DNA of 52,166 nt, from the IMG/VR virus record IMGVR_UViG_3300032288_002130, positions 1-52,166 of that record. One strand, given 5' to 3'. Shown here one piece after another: positions 17,400-25,919 of this stretch; position 1 is the first letter of the stretch, and each line of letters begins with the position of its first letter. The notes under the pieces are model-generated. The model did no database searches and was not told where the DNA came from. It saw only the letters and a list, made by a program, of their open reading frames with translations. The position numbers were made by a program, and so were the translations under genes. The DNA comes from a virus. Lineage: Duplodnaviria > Caudoviricetes.

Positions 17400-18689
17400 A
17401 TGACTGTAAATTACAAAAACGTTAGTAAAAGAATATTTGATCTGTTAACAGGCACAGATCGCAAGTTTATTATGGGCGACGATTCTGCAAAGAAAACTCT
17501 AAACCCAAATGAAGCAGTGAGATTTTATGTTGAGGATTTACATTCTTTAATTTTTGTAGATCAAGCCAATGGAAAAGTCGAGCTAAGTGCTAGCAATCAC
17601 GCTGATCCAGATGCAATCGACCAGTTAAAAAATGCTGTGAAAAATACAGCTGAACATTATATGCTAGGTTTTACAGTTAAAAACTTCGGCAAAAAATTAG
17701 AACCTAAGAATTTTGCATTTATGAACGTTGAACAAGTAGATGAAAGTTTTAGCCCTATGTCAGGCACTAGTCGTAGCAGTTATCAAAATACAGGTTCTGC
17801 ACGACTAATAATTAGACACAGTAAACCAGTCAACGAAGAAATTCGTGGCTCACGTAGTCGCAGTATCAAAGCAATTTACATTGAAAATGCAATAGGCGAA
17901 CGTTTTCAATTTCCTATGCGCTGGCTAACTGGCGCACGTAGTATGGCCCGCCATATTGCTGAAGGCGGCTACCCGCACGATGAACGTGGGCAAATGATTT
18001 TAGGCCTATGCGAACAATACGCTAGTTTGCGTAAGTTTGTACGACATGCTAACGGTCAAGGTTTTATTAACGAAGAAACCAGCGACCTAGTTGAAATGGC
18101 CAATACACGCAGTGAAGAAATTCTACGTGCTATTCGAACAAATAATTTTGAAGCTATTAAATATCAACCTGTTCAATTAAGCGAAACAGATGATGTCAGT
18201 GAAATTACAAATAAATTTACTAGACATACAGTTAGTCAAGCAGTTGAAAGTGCGGCTCCTTTCCTTTACAGCATGGTAAAAGAAAGAGAACAAGTAGAAG
18301 TCAGCCAAAAAGCGTTAAGGGACCTAGTAGATTTAGTGGACAGTAAACCAAAATTTGACATTAGGGATTTGGATGAACATGATCCAGATAATCCAATTAA
18401 TTTGACATTTACTGACCACGATGCTAAACTTAAACACTTGGCACGTTACATCAGTGATCACTTAGCAGACACTGAAGAAAAGAATGTAATCGATTCGGCA
18501 GCTGAACACTATGTTAGTATGGACACTGACAGCAAGAATCAATTTCATGACGCAATTAGAAATCTGATTAGAAAATCTAAAAGCGTAAATAAAGAACACG
18601 TGGAAACACGTAGTTTGGATGAATCAGTTTTTGATTTGGTACGCGGCATAAGCCAAAAGTATTCGGTAAAATCTGTTTTAACCAAATAA
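17400..18689 (+). CDS. Hypothetical late (probably virion) protein
   Basis: ATG at 17400 just after TAAATA (17389-94); about 430 aa; no motif recognised. Confidence 0.75.
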   Translation: MTVNYKNVSKRIFDLLTGTDRKFIMGDDSAKKTLNPNEAVRFYVEDLHSLIFVDQANGKVELSASNHADPDAIDQLKNAVKNTAEHYMLGFTVKNFGKKLEPKNFAFMNVEQVDESFSPMSGTSRSSYQNTGSARLIIRHSKPVNEEIRGSRSRSIKAIYIENAIGERFQFPMRWLTGARSMARHIAEGGYPHDERGQMILGLCEQYASLRKFVRHANGQGFINEETSDLVEMANTRSEEILRAIRTNNFEAIKYQPVQLSETDDVSEITNKFTRHTVSQAVESAAPFLYSMVKEREQVEVSQKALRDLVDLVDSKPKFDIRDLDEHDPDNPINLTFTDHDAKLKHLARYISDHLADTEEKNVIDSAAEHYVSMDTDSKNQFHDAIRNLIRKSKSVNKEHVETRSLDESVFDLVRGISQKYSVKSVLTK

Positions 18690-18697
18690 AAAATAAC

Positions 18698-18727
18698 TTG
18701 ACTTACATTGAGTAGGACAGTTATAAT
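18698..18727 (+). promoter_or_regulatory. Sigma70-type promoter of SSB gene
   Basis: TTGACT-18 nt-TATAAT; TAAGGAG RBS downstream. Confidence 0.7.
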
Positions 18728-18788
18728 CGTGAGACTTACATAAAGTAAGCCTCTCTAGGCAAACAATGGCACATTAAGGAGAAAAATT

Positions 18789-19778
18789 ATGGCATCATTG
18801 GCAGACATTCGCGCAAGACTTCTTCAAGAAGAAAGCAAATCTAAAGGCAACAGCCGAGGCGGTATGGATAATGCAATTTATCCGTTCTGGAACATCCCAG
18901 AAGGTTCGACCGCAACACTTCGTTTCTTACCAGATTTAGACGAAAGCAACACATTCTTTTGGCGTGAGCGTCAAATGATTCGTATTGGCTTTGCTGGTAT
19001 CAAAGGCGGAGAAACAAACAAGCAAGTAACTGTAACTGTACCTTGTGTTGAAATGTGGAACGAAACTTGTCCGGTTCATGCGGCAATTCGCCCATGGTTC
19101 AAAGACAAGCGTATGGAAGAAACAGCACGTAAGTATTGGAAAAAGCGTAGTTACTTGTTCCAAGGTTTTGTTGTTAACAGCCCGTTGGCTGAAGACAGCT
19201 TGCCTGACAATCCAATTCGACGTTTTGTCATCAACTCTAGTATTTTCAACATTATCAAGACCGCGCTAATGGATCCTGAAATGGTTGAACTTCCTACAGA
19301 CTATGTGCAAGGTACAGACTTCCGCCTTGCCAAAACTACTAAAGGTCAATACGCAGACTACAGCACTAGCTCGTGGGCACGTAAAGAACGTAGCTTGAAT
19401 GAAACCGAACTAGGCGCTATCGCGCAGTTTGGTTTGTACAACTTAAACGACTTTATGCCCAAGAAGCCAACCGCAGAAGAACTAAATGCTATCTATGAAA
19501 TGTTTGAAGCATCTGTTGAAGGCGAGCTATACGATCCAAGTCGTTGGGCTAATTTCTATAAGCCCGCAGGCTTTAGTACTGGTAGCGGAACTACTGCTAA
19601 CACAGACGACATGGATGAAGATACACCAGTAGTAGCTAGCCGTCCTGCTCCTGCTCCGATGGCACCTGCACCTGCACCACAAGCACCAGTTGAAACTGCC
19701 AGCGTAACTACCGGCGGCACTGGTAAGCCCAGTGTAGACGATCTCTTAAACATGATTCGTAGTCGTAAACAGGCTTAA
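18789..19778 (+). CDS. gp32: Single-stranded DNA-binding protein (T4 gp32-like)
   Basis: ATLRFLPD, CPV, RKYWKKRSY, GTDFRLAK...YADYSTS motifs; acidic/Pro tail. Confidence 0.88.
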   Translation: MASLADIRARLLQEESKSKGNSRGGMDNAIYPFWNIPEGSTATLRFLPDLDESNTFFWRERQMIRIGFAGIKGGETNKQVTVTVPCVEMWNETCPVHAAIRPWFKDKRMEETARKYWKKRSYLFQGFVVNSPLAEDSLPDNPIRRFVINSSIFNIIKTALMDPEMVELPTDYVQGTDFRLAKTTKGQYADYSTSSWARKERSLNETELGAIAQFGLYNLNDFMPKKPTAEELNAIYEMFEASVEGELYDPSRWANFYKPAGFSTGSGTTANTDDMDEDTPVVASRPAPAPMAPAPAPQAPVETASVTTGGTGKPSVDDLLNMIRSRKQA

Positions 19779-19779
19779 T

Positions 19780-19802
19780 AACAAGGGCTTCGGCCCTTGT
19801 TT
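19780..19802 (+). terminator. Terminator hairpin with UUCG loop
   Basis: AACAAGGGC-TTCG-GCCCTTGTTT. Confidence 0.8.
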
Positions 19803-19849
19803 GACTTATGTTTAAAAAACGATTACTAGCTAAAAGCAGAGAGTATCCA

Positions 19850-20143
19850 ATGACACTACCAGACGAACGATATCGTGCTGTGATGTGGGCCGAAAGATTC
19901 TTAAGAGAACTTGCCCACGATAGAACAAAATATCCTCGTATATCAAAAGCTGTGCGCCGAGAAGCATATAGTATTCTGAGGCATTATCCAAGCAGTTGGG
20001 ATATGCAAAGAGCATCAACTGCCGCTCCGGAAGTATTTCAAGAGCGTATGGAACCAGTGACCAGGATGTTTATGGTATACGACAAAGAACAAAAGGAAGA
20101 ACAAAATGGCGAACAAGAAAACCTCAGTGAAAAAAATCAGTGA
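19850..20143 (+). CDS. Small hypothetical protein (MTLPDERYRAV...LRHYP type)
   Basis: ATG 19850 with GAGAG RBS preferred over 19808. Confidence 0.7.
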   Translation: MTLPDERYRAVMWAERFLRELAHDRTKYPRISKAVRREAYSILRHYPSSWDMQRASTAAPEVFQERMEPVTRMFMVYDKEQKEEQNGEQENLSEKNQ

Positions 20144-20318
20144 CAAGTTGAAAAAAGTCAGCGACTCGTTTACGATCAATATGTACGACAACGGCTATAT
20201 GCTGGAAATCGGCGGTCGAAATCAAAATGATGATTGGGCTAATGCAAAAATTTTAGTTGGAACTATCGAAGAACTAACTGCATTAATTCAAGAAGCTAGC
20301 GAAATGGAAAGGGACTAA
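20106..20318 (+). CDS. Hypothetical protein
   Basis: 70 aa, AAGGA RBS, ends one base before uvsX. Confidence 0.7.
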   Translation: MANKKTSVKKISDKLKKVSDSFTINMYDNGYMLEIGGRNQNDDWANAKILVGTIEELTALIQEASEMERD

Positions 20319-20319
20319 T

Positions 20320-21387
20320 ATGACTAAACCATTTGATGTTAGTAAGTTTAGAAAAACAATTACTAAGAGTATTGAAGGTCTTAGCATTGGTTTTAACGAT
20401 CCTACAGATTGGATCAGCACAGGCAACTATGCATTGAACTATCTTGTAAGTGGCGATTTCCATAGAGGAATTCCATTGGGTAAGGTAACTGTGTTTGCTG
20501 GAGAAAGTGGCGCTGGCAAAAGTTTTATCTGTTCAGGTAACTTAGTGCGTCACGCACAAGAGCAAGGCATTTTTGTAGTTTTAATTGATACAGAAAACGC
20601 ACTAGATGAAGCATGGTTACATGCACTAGGTGTTGATACAAACGAAAGCAAACTGCTTAAATTGAACATGGCTATGATTGATGATGTGGCTAAAATGATT
20701 AGTGAGTTTGTAAAAGAATATAGAACATTGCCCGAAGACGATAGGCCAAAAGTTCTTTTTGTATTAGACAGCTTGGGTATGTTATTGACGCCCACAGATG
20801 TTAATCAATTTGAAGCAGGCGATATGAAAGGTGACATGGGCCGTAAGCCTAAGGCGCTGACAGCACTTGTTCGTAACTGTGTTAACATGTTTGGTAGTTT
20901 AAATCTTGGATTGGTTGCTACTAACCACACCTACGCAAGCCAGGACATGTTTGACCCAGATGATAAAATCTCAGGTGGTCAAGGATTTATCTATGCCAGC
21001 TCGATTGTTGTTGCTATGCGTAAACTTAAACTCAAAGAAGATGACGACGGCAATAAAATTTCAGAAGTGCGAGGTATTCGTGCGGCATGTAAGATTATGA
21101 AAACACGGTATGCCAAGCCGTTTGAAAGTGTTCAAGTTAAGATTCCTTACGAGTCGGGCATGAACCCTTACAGTGGTTTGGTAGATATGTTTGAAGAAAA
21201 AGGCCTTTTAAAGAAAGAAGGCAACAGCTTGGTCTATACTACCATAGACGGAGAAATCATCAAACAGTTCCGCAAAGCATGGGAAAGAAATGACAATCAA
21301 AGCCTTGACAAAGTTATGCAAGACTTTACACTACGTAGCTTAAACGCACCTGAAATAAATAGCGAGCAAACTACTGTAGAGGAATAA
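20320..21387 (+). CDS. uvsX: RecA-like recombinase UvsX
   Basis: AGESGAGKS Walker A, IDTENA, VLDSLG, GDMG, NHTY, SGG motifs. Confidence 0.95.
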   Translation: MTKPFDVSKFRKTITKSIEGLSIGFNDPTDWISTGNYALNYLVSGDFHRGIPLGKVTVFAGESGAGKSFICSGNLVRHAQEQGIFVVLIDTENALDEAWLHALGVDTNESKLLKLNMAMIDDVAKMISEFVKEYRTLPEDDRPKVLFVLDSLGMLLTPTDVNQFEAGDMKGDMGRKPKALTALVRNCVNMFGSLNLGLVATNHTYASQDMFDPDDKISGGQGFIYASSIVVAMRKLKLKEDDDGNKISEVRGIRAACKIMKTRYAKPFESVQVKIPYESGMNPYSGLVDMFEEKGLLKKEGNSLVYTTIDGEIIKQFRKAWERNDNQSLDKVMQDFTLRSLNAPEINSEQTTVEE

Positions 21388-21392
21388 TTGTT

Positions 21393-21668
21393 ATGCACGA
21401 TCCAGATTTTCTAGTAAATCTTTGGCTTACACTAAAGCCTTATATCCAAAAAAAGGAAGCTCTCGAAGCAGCCGTATCTATGCTTAGAACGGCGGAAGAA
21501 TTCGGTGATGTCGAAAGTATCAGCGCCGATATGCGAGGCCAAGACAATACACTAGATTCTGCATTAAATGAGCTTTACGACTATAGCGATCCTGCCGACG
21601 AGTATGAAGACGAGGATGGCTTTGAAAGTGACCTTGCTGACTACGACGACTACGACGAAGACGAATAA
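21393..21668 (+). CDS. Hypothetical protein with acidic C-terminus
   Basis: GAGGA RBS; lies between uvsX and uvsY with a TAATG overlap. Confidence 0.75.
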   Translation: MHDPDFLVNLWLTLKPYIQKKEALEAAVSMLRTAEEFGDVESISADMRGQDNTLDSALNELYDYSDPADEYEDEDGFESDLADYDDYDEDE

Positions 21669-22129
21669 TGTCAACTTGGTTTAACACAGTCACACAAGAT
21701 TTAGCTCAGATAGCAAACTGTATAGAGTACTACGAAGCCGAAATTATTGCCGCAAAAAGCGATATTAGGCTTCGTGGTAACGTCGAAATAGCTAGCAGAG
21801 AAATGCCGGGAATCTTTGAGCATAGGTTTAATCAGCTACAGGATATTGAAGCTATTCTAGAACATCTTAATATTGATTTACGTAAATTACGCAGTGATAA
21901 ATTTAAGAAGTTTATTGAACACTATAACAGAGCACTAACCAGCAGAGACGCTGAAAAGTACGTGGACGGCGATCCTGAAGTAGTAAGCCTAAGCAAATTG
22001 ATCAATGAATTTGCACTATTACGCAACAAGTTTTTGGGTGTAATCAAAGGCTTAGATACTAAGCAATGGCAAATTACTAATATTGTCAAACTCAGAGTTG
22101 CTGGCATGGAAGATGCTACCCTAGGCTAA
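21668..22129 (+). CDS. uvsY: Recombination mediator UvsY
   Basis: Helical 153 aa, AEKYVDGD...KGLDTKQWQITNIVKLR C-terminus; next to uvsX. Confidence 0.8.
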   Translation: MSTWFNTVTQDLAQIANCIEYYEAEIIAAKSDIRLRGNVEIASREMPGIFEHRFNQLQDIEAILEHLNIDLRKLRSDKFKKFIEHYNRALTSRDAEKYVDGDPEVVSLSKLINEFALLRNKFLGVIKGLDTKQWQITNIVKLRVAGMEDATLG

Positions 22130-22164
22130 TAAAATCAGCTAAATAGCTGATTACGGGGTTTTCC

Positions 22165-23754
22165 ATGAATTTACGCAAATACATTGATATTATCAACGAA
22201 GCATCTAAGTCTCCGGACTTATCAGATATCGATCCTGAGTTACAGGACGTAGCAGAATATGTTGTTAGCCATGATATTAGCCAAAACGTTATGGCTAGTA
22301 TGGTTCAGTATCTAACTAAGATGGTACAAGCTGACCAGCAAGCTGATCAGCAACAAGTAGATCAACCCGACCAAGAACCTGTAGAACCAGAAGTAGTGCC
22401 TAGTCCAGAACCAGCAGAAGAGCCAGCTGTAAAAGAAGCCGAAGAAGCAGAAGCTGATCAAGGTACTAAAATGCAATTTCTCAGTCTGTTGAGTCAAGTT
22501 GACCCTAACAGAAAAGACCAAATTTGGGCCTACATGAACAAAGAGCAAATTGAAGATTATATTGTTCCAGCTTTAATAGAAAAAGATATTAATAGAGAAG
22601 ATGATCATCAGCGCATAGTTAGTTTGTTCGTTGAAGCTCCTGGTTCGTTAGAAGACAAGGTTGCTCTTGCAATGAAATTAGATACTACTGGGGAACGTCC
22701 TAACACTGGCGGCGGCATTATCAATACTAAGAAACTTACCACACAAGGTAAGGGTAGTATTAATGATTTAATTAATGTTAAGAAAACTCCTTTAATTGAT
22801 TACATTAAAGAACGTTTGATTAGAATGCGTGTGTATCCAAGTACAACATCTGCCGCAACTGGCGACGGCGAAGCGTTCTTTTTGATTTTAGGTGCTGGTA
22901 TTAGTAAGCGAGGCAAAGGTGACTTAAACGTTGCTAATATGAATAAAAAAGACAAGCTACACAATCCAAGTCCTTTAGAAATTAACGGTAAAGAAGTTGA
23001 AGTTAAAGCTCTGGGCGCACGCCTTAAAGGCTTTGGTGGTAAGGGTACTTACGGTGACGGTGCTTCTTATTACAAAACATTCAATCAAGATCTTATTAAT
23101 ATCATTGGCCAGGAAGGTAACAATTATCTAGGTCAATTATTACCAGGATCAAAAGCCACTGGCGGTTGGGGCAACGGTAAAAACCCATTACACTTTGGAT
23201 TACAAAACCTTCATGCACTATCAACCGTACTAAAAGAATTCTCAAAGAAAAATGGTGCTACACCTAAAGACGTTAGAGCTATGTTCTTAGGAATGATCAA
23301 ACATGTCTATCCTAAAATTGAACCAGACATGTACAACGACTTATTAAAAACTATTGACAAGTTTGGTAGTTTTAACGTCGAGGAGTTCCGCAAGCAATGG
23401 TTCTTAATGACCTACAAGTATTATATGGAAACCAGCAGAGACGATACTGGGCAGACCTATGATGGTATCTTGTTTATTCACCAAGGTGATTTTACTTACT
23501 CTTATATCAAAGGCCCCGAAGCAATGAGTGAACAATGGGGCGATTTTGAATTAAGTACAACATTGTATAACTGGACCGATACGCAAAGTGTTGCTCCGAA
23601 AATTACCTACGGTAAAGAAGACAGACCTAGCAAGAAGCCTAAGAAATCAGCCAAGACAGGATCTCCTACAAAAGATCTAGCACCAGAGTTAGCCAAAACT
23701 ACAGCGGCCCGGACTAAAAAAGCTCCAGTGGCCATGACTCGAACACTAAAGTAA
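22165..23754 (+). CDS. Late-expressed protein with internal-protein-like leader and PD-(D/E)xK-like motif
   Basis: TAAATA at 22140; MNLRKYIDIINEA leader; GDGEAFF...KGDL...EVEVK pattern. Confidence 0.7.
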   Translation: MNLRKYIDIINEASKSPDLSDIDPELQDVAEYVVSHDISQNVMASMVQYLTKMVQADQQADQQQVDQPDQEPVEPEVVPSPEPAEEPAVKEAEEAEADQGTKMQFLSLLSQVDPNRKDQIWAYMNKEQIEDYIVPALIEKDINREDDHQRIVSLFVEAPGSLEDKVALAMKLDTTGERPNTGGGIINTKKLTTQGKGSINDLINVKKTPLIDYIKERLIRMRVYPSTTSAATGDGEAFFLILGAGISKRGKGDLNVANMNKKDKLHNPSPLEINGKEVEVKALGARLKGFGGKGTYGDGASYYKTFNQDLINIIGQEGNNYLGQLLPGSKATGGWGNGKNPLHFGLQNLHALSTVLKEFSKKNGATPKDVRAMFLGMIKHVYPKIEPDMYNDLLKTIDKFGSFNVEEFRKQWFLMTYKYYMETSRDDTGQTYDGILFIHQGDFTYSYIKGPEAMSEQWGDFELSTTLYNWTDTQSVAPKITYGKEDRPSKKPKKSAKTGSPTKDLAPELAKTTAARTKKAPVAMTRTLK

Positions 23755-23783
23755 TTGACAGAAAACCATACTTGTACTACAAT
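23755..23783 (+). promoter_or_regulatory. Sigma70-type promoter
   Basis: TTGACA-17 nt-TACAAT; ATG 7 nt later. Confidence 0.75.
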
Positions 23784-23789
23784 GCAAGT

Positions 23790-24029
23790 ATGGCTACATT
23801 TACTCAATCCAAAACAAAATTGGTTTCGTTAAAGCAAGGCGAACCCGATTTTTTCTTTTCTGACGACAATATCAAACTAGTGCCCAGGGCTAGCGTTGAA
23901 ATTCCCGCAGGAACCCCTTCACACGTTGTTAGTCAAATTGAATACTATGTTAGTCGCGGATATATAAGATCTGTGGCCTATATGACAGAGCAAGAATATT
24001 TGATGTCCAAACTTGCTAAACCCTATTGA
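23790..24029 (+). CDS. Hypothetical early protein
   Basis: ATG 23790 (MATFTQ...) at the predicted transcription start. Confidence 0.7.
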   Translation: MATFTQSKTKLVSLKQGEPDFFFSDDNIKLVPRASVEIPAGTPSHVVSQIEYYVSRGYIRSVAYMTEQEYLMSKLAKPY

Positions 24030-24054
24030 CCTTTAATGCTTAATAAGCTATAAT
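24026..24054 (+). promoter_or_regulatory. Sigma70-type promoter
   Basis: TTGACC-17 nt-TATAAT. Confidence 0.7.
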
Positions 24055-24084
24055 TTGCTATCACTTCCTATGAAAGGATATATT

Positions 24085-24243
24085 ATGCTTGAAGCATTAG
24101 AAGTTCGCAAAGCCAAAAACGGTGTTATCGTTGTTGTTAACACTGAAGACGGGCAAGAGGAATTTGTGTTTGACAATCAACGCAAAGCACTTCGATTTAT
24201 TAAAATTGTAATTGAAACAGATAAAGTTCCTGAAAAGGCTTAA
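24085..24243 (+). CDS. Small hypothetical protein
   Basis: AAGGA RBS then ATG 24085 (MLEALEVRKAKNG...), 52 aa. Confidence 0.65.
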   Translation: MLEALEVRKAKNGVIVVVNTEDGQEEFVFDNQRKALRFIKIVIETDKVPEKA

Positions 24244-24244
24244 T

Positions 24245-24679
24245 ATGAAATTACTAGATGTTGTTACTGCGGCTAATGGTCGAGTATCAGGCGGAGATCC
24301 GTATCTATGGAACAGTTTTGGACCCAATGCACAATACATGGAGTTCAGGGATGCCAATGGTGATGGTTTTGCTCACTGCATTTATGACACTAATAATTAT
24401 GAAGTTTATCAAGTCCATCTAGAAATCCCCGACCAAGACGTTGCACTATTATGGAACAATCCCAAGTATGTGCAACAGTACCTCGATGAGTGTAAAGATC
24501 GAGAAATGGATCCTTATATTGCATGGGATGCTGTTAAATATCAGGTTGTTGACTACGGCGACCTTATGCTAAAATATTTGGCCGATGCGGCCGAAAGAAA
24601 CTACAATAACTTTCCGTTGACCATGGAAATGCCGGGTACGTTGGGTAGTGCTCGCATTGCTATGACCAATAGTTCATGA
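24245..24679 (+). CDS. Hypothetical protein
   Basis: ATG 24245 immediately after the upstream stop (MKLLDVV...). Confidence 0.7.
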   Translation: MKLLDVVTAANGRVSGGDPYLWNSFGPNAQYMEFRDANGDGFAHCIYDTNNYEVYQVHLEIPDQDVALLWNNPKYVQQYLDECKDREMDPYIAWDAVKYQVVDYGDLMLKYLADAAERNYNNFPLTMEMPGTLGSARIAMTNSS

Positions 24680-24849
24680 CATCGGTACTTACTTTTTCTT
24701 TTATATTTTTATTATTTCTAATCAGCAGTTTGGCTTTTAGAAATACTGATCTCCGGGCTCGTTGGTCTTTGGCCAAAGTTTTCGGATTCAGCATAGCATG
24801 TGCTTCGCTGGCTACTATAGCCATGTTGTTGTTTGTAATATTTTATTAA
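24676..24849 (+). CDS. Small two-helix membrane protein (absent from ORF track)
   Basis: ATGA overlap; MTSVLTFSFIFLLFLISSLAFRNTDLRARWSLAKVFGFSIACASLATIAMLLFVIFY, 57 aa, fills the gap exactly. Confidence 0.7.
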   Translation: MTSVLTFSFIFLLFLISSLAFRNTDLRARWSLAKVFGFSIACASLATIAMLLFVIFY

Positions 24850-24853
24850 GTCA

Positions 24854-25060
24854 ATGATAGAACTAACTCTTTATCCTACCGGCGCCCCGTTACTGGTCAA
24901 TTCCAAACACATAGTTGCAGTCAGGGAAAACCCTGCCGATGACCAAGAACAGCCTAATAGGATAATTTATATCAATCACATGATTGACAGAAACTATACT
25001 ATCTTTTATGTGTTCGATACTTACGAGGATATTAAAAGAAAACTGAATGGAAAAACATGA
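24854..25060 (+). CDS. Small hypothetical protein
   Basis: 68 aa; MIELT...LVNSKHIVAV...DTYEDIKRKL; coupled to the next gene. Confidence 0.65.
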   Translation: MIELTLYPTGAPLLVNSKHIVAVRENPADDQEQPNRIIYINHMIDRNYTIFYVFDTYEDIKRKLNGKT

Positions 25061-25437
25061 CTATTGATGATGTTGTTGTACTAGCTGGAATGTTAATTTT
25101 ATTTCAGCTCAAGCATTGGCTTATTGACTTTGTTATGCAGTCTGATGCACAGATAAAAAACAAGGGCATTTACGGAGACTTAACCGGTATTAGTCATAGT
25201 TTTGAACATGCCTTAGGTACTGCTCTAGTACTATTGGTCTTTATTAAAGAATATCCTATACTTTTAATTTTTGTTGCTTTGCTGGACGGAGTTTTGCACT
25301 ATCATATCGATTGGGCTAAATCAAATTGGGGGAACCGAGACATAAGTACAAAACAATTTTGGAGTCATTTAGGCTTAGACCAAATGGCTCATCAAGTTTG
25401 TTATGTATTGTACGTTACAGGACTACTTTTAGTATGA
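25057..25437 (+). CDS. DUF3307-like His-rich membrane protein
   Basis: KHWLIDFVMQ, HSFEH, HYHIDWAK, GLDQMAH motifs with hydrophobic helices. Confidence 0.8.
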   Translation: MTIDDVVVLAGMLILFQLKHWLIDFVMQSDAQIKNKGIYGDLTGISHSFEHALGTALVLLVFIKEYPILLIFVALLDGVLHYHIDWAKSNWGNRDISTKQFWSHLGLDQMAHQVCYVLYVTGLLLV

Positions 25438-25631
25438 TACAAAATTATTCGAATCCAGGCCTAATACATTTTGCCGGACAAAGTCAACAAGAGCTAGAAC
25501 TTAAAAAAGAGTCTTATATGCAAAATACTTCTTATACAGTAAAATGGGACTTGCCTAATTTTGACACAATACGCAATAAGTGGACTATCAAAGGCTACGT
25601 TAATCCACCGGTTGACAATAAATCCAATTAA
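25434..25631 (+). CDS. Small hypothetical protein
   Basis: ATGA-coupled start (MIQNYSNPG...), 65 aa. Confidence 0.55.
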   Translation: MIQNYSNPGLIHFAGQSQQELELKKESYMQNTSYTVKWDLPNFDTIRNKWTIKGYVNPPVDNKSN

Positions 25632-25640
25632 TTGTATAAT
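25612..25640 (+). promoter_or_regulatory. Perfect sigma70 promoter with palindromic spacer, copy 1
   Basis: TTGACA ATAAATCCAATTAATTG TATAAT. Confidence 0.9.
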
Positions 25641-25665
25641 TAGCCTATTGCAACGGAGAACACTG

Positions 25666-25776
25666 ATGCTACGATGGATTGGTATTATTGCTATTATATG
25701 GTTCCTATTCCATTTTGGTATAGCCCAGGCTTTGTTGCTATGGATTGCGGCTTTAGGCACGGCAATTTTTGGTTGA
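25666..25776 (+). CDS. 36-aa hydrophobic membrane peptide
   Basis: GGAG RBS; MLRWIGIIAIIWFLFHFGIAQALLLWIAALGTAIFG; lies between promoter copies 1 and 2. Confidence 0.65.
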   Translation: MLRWIGIIAIIWFLFHFGIAQALLLWIAALGTAIFG

Positions 25777-25801
25777 CAATTAATTCAATTAATTGTATAA
25801 T
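25773..25801 (+). promoter_or_regulatory. Perfect sigma70 promoter with palindromic spacer, copy 2
   Basis: TTGACA ATTAATTCAATTAATTG TATAAT. Confidence 0.9.
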
Positions 25802-25857
25802 ATACACATACTAAGAAAGCAGGGAAAAACCCCGCCAAAACCCCAAAAAACGTGGTA

Positions 25858-25886
25858 TTGACAATAAATCCAATTTATTGTATAAT
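25858..25886 (+). promoter_or_regulatory. Perfect sigma70 promoter with palindromic spacer, copy 3
   Basis: TTGACA ATAAATCCAATTTATTG TATAAT. Confidence 0.9.
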
Positions 25887-25919
25887 ACTTGTATAGAAAC
25901 TACTGCAAGAGGATCAAAA

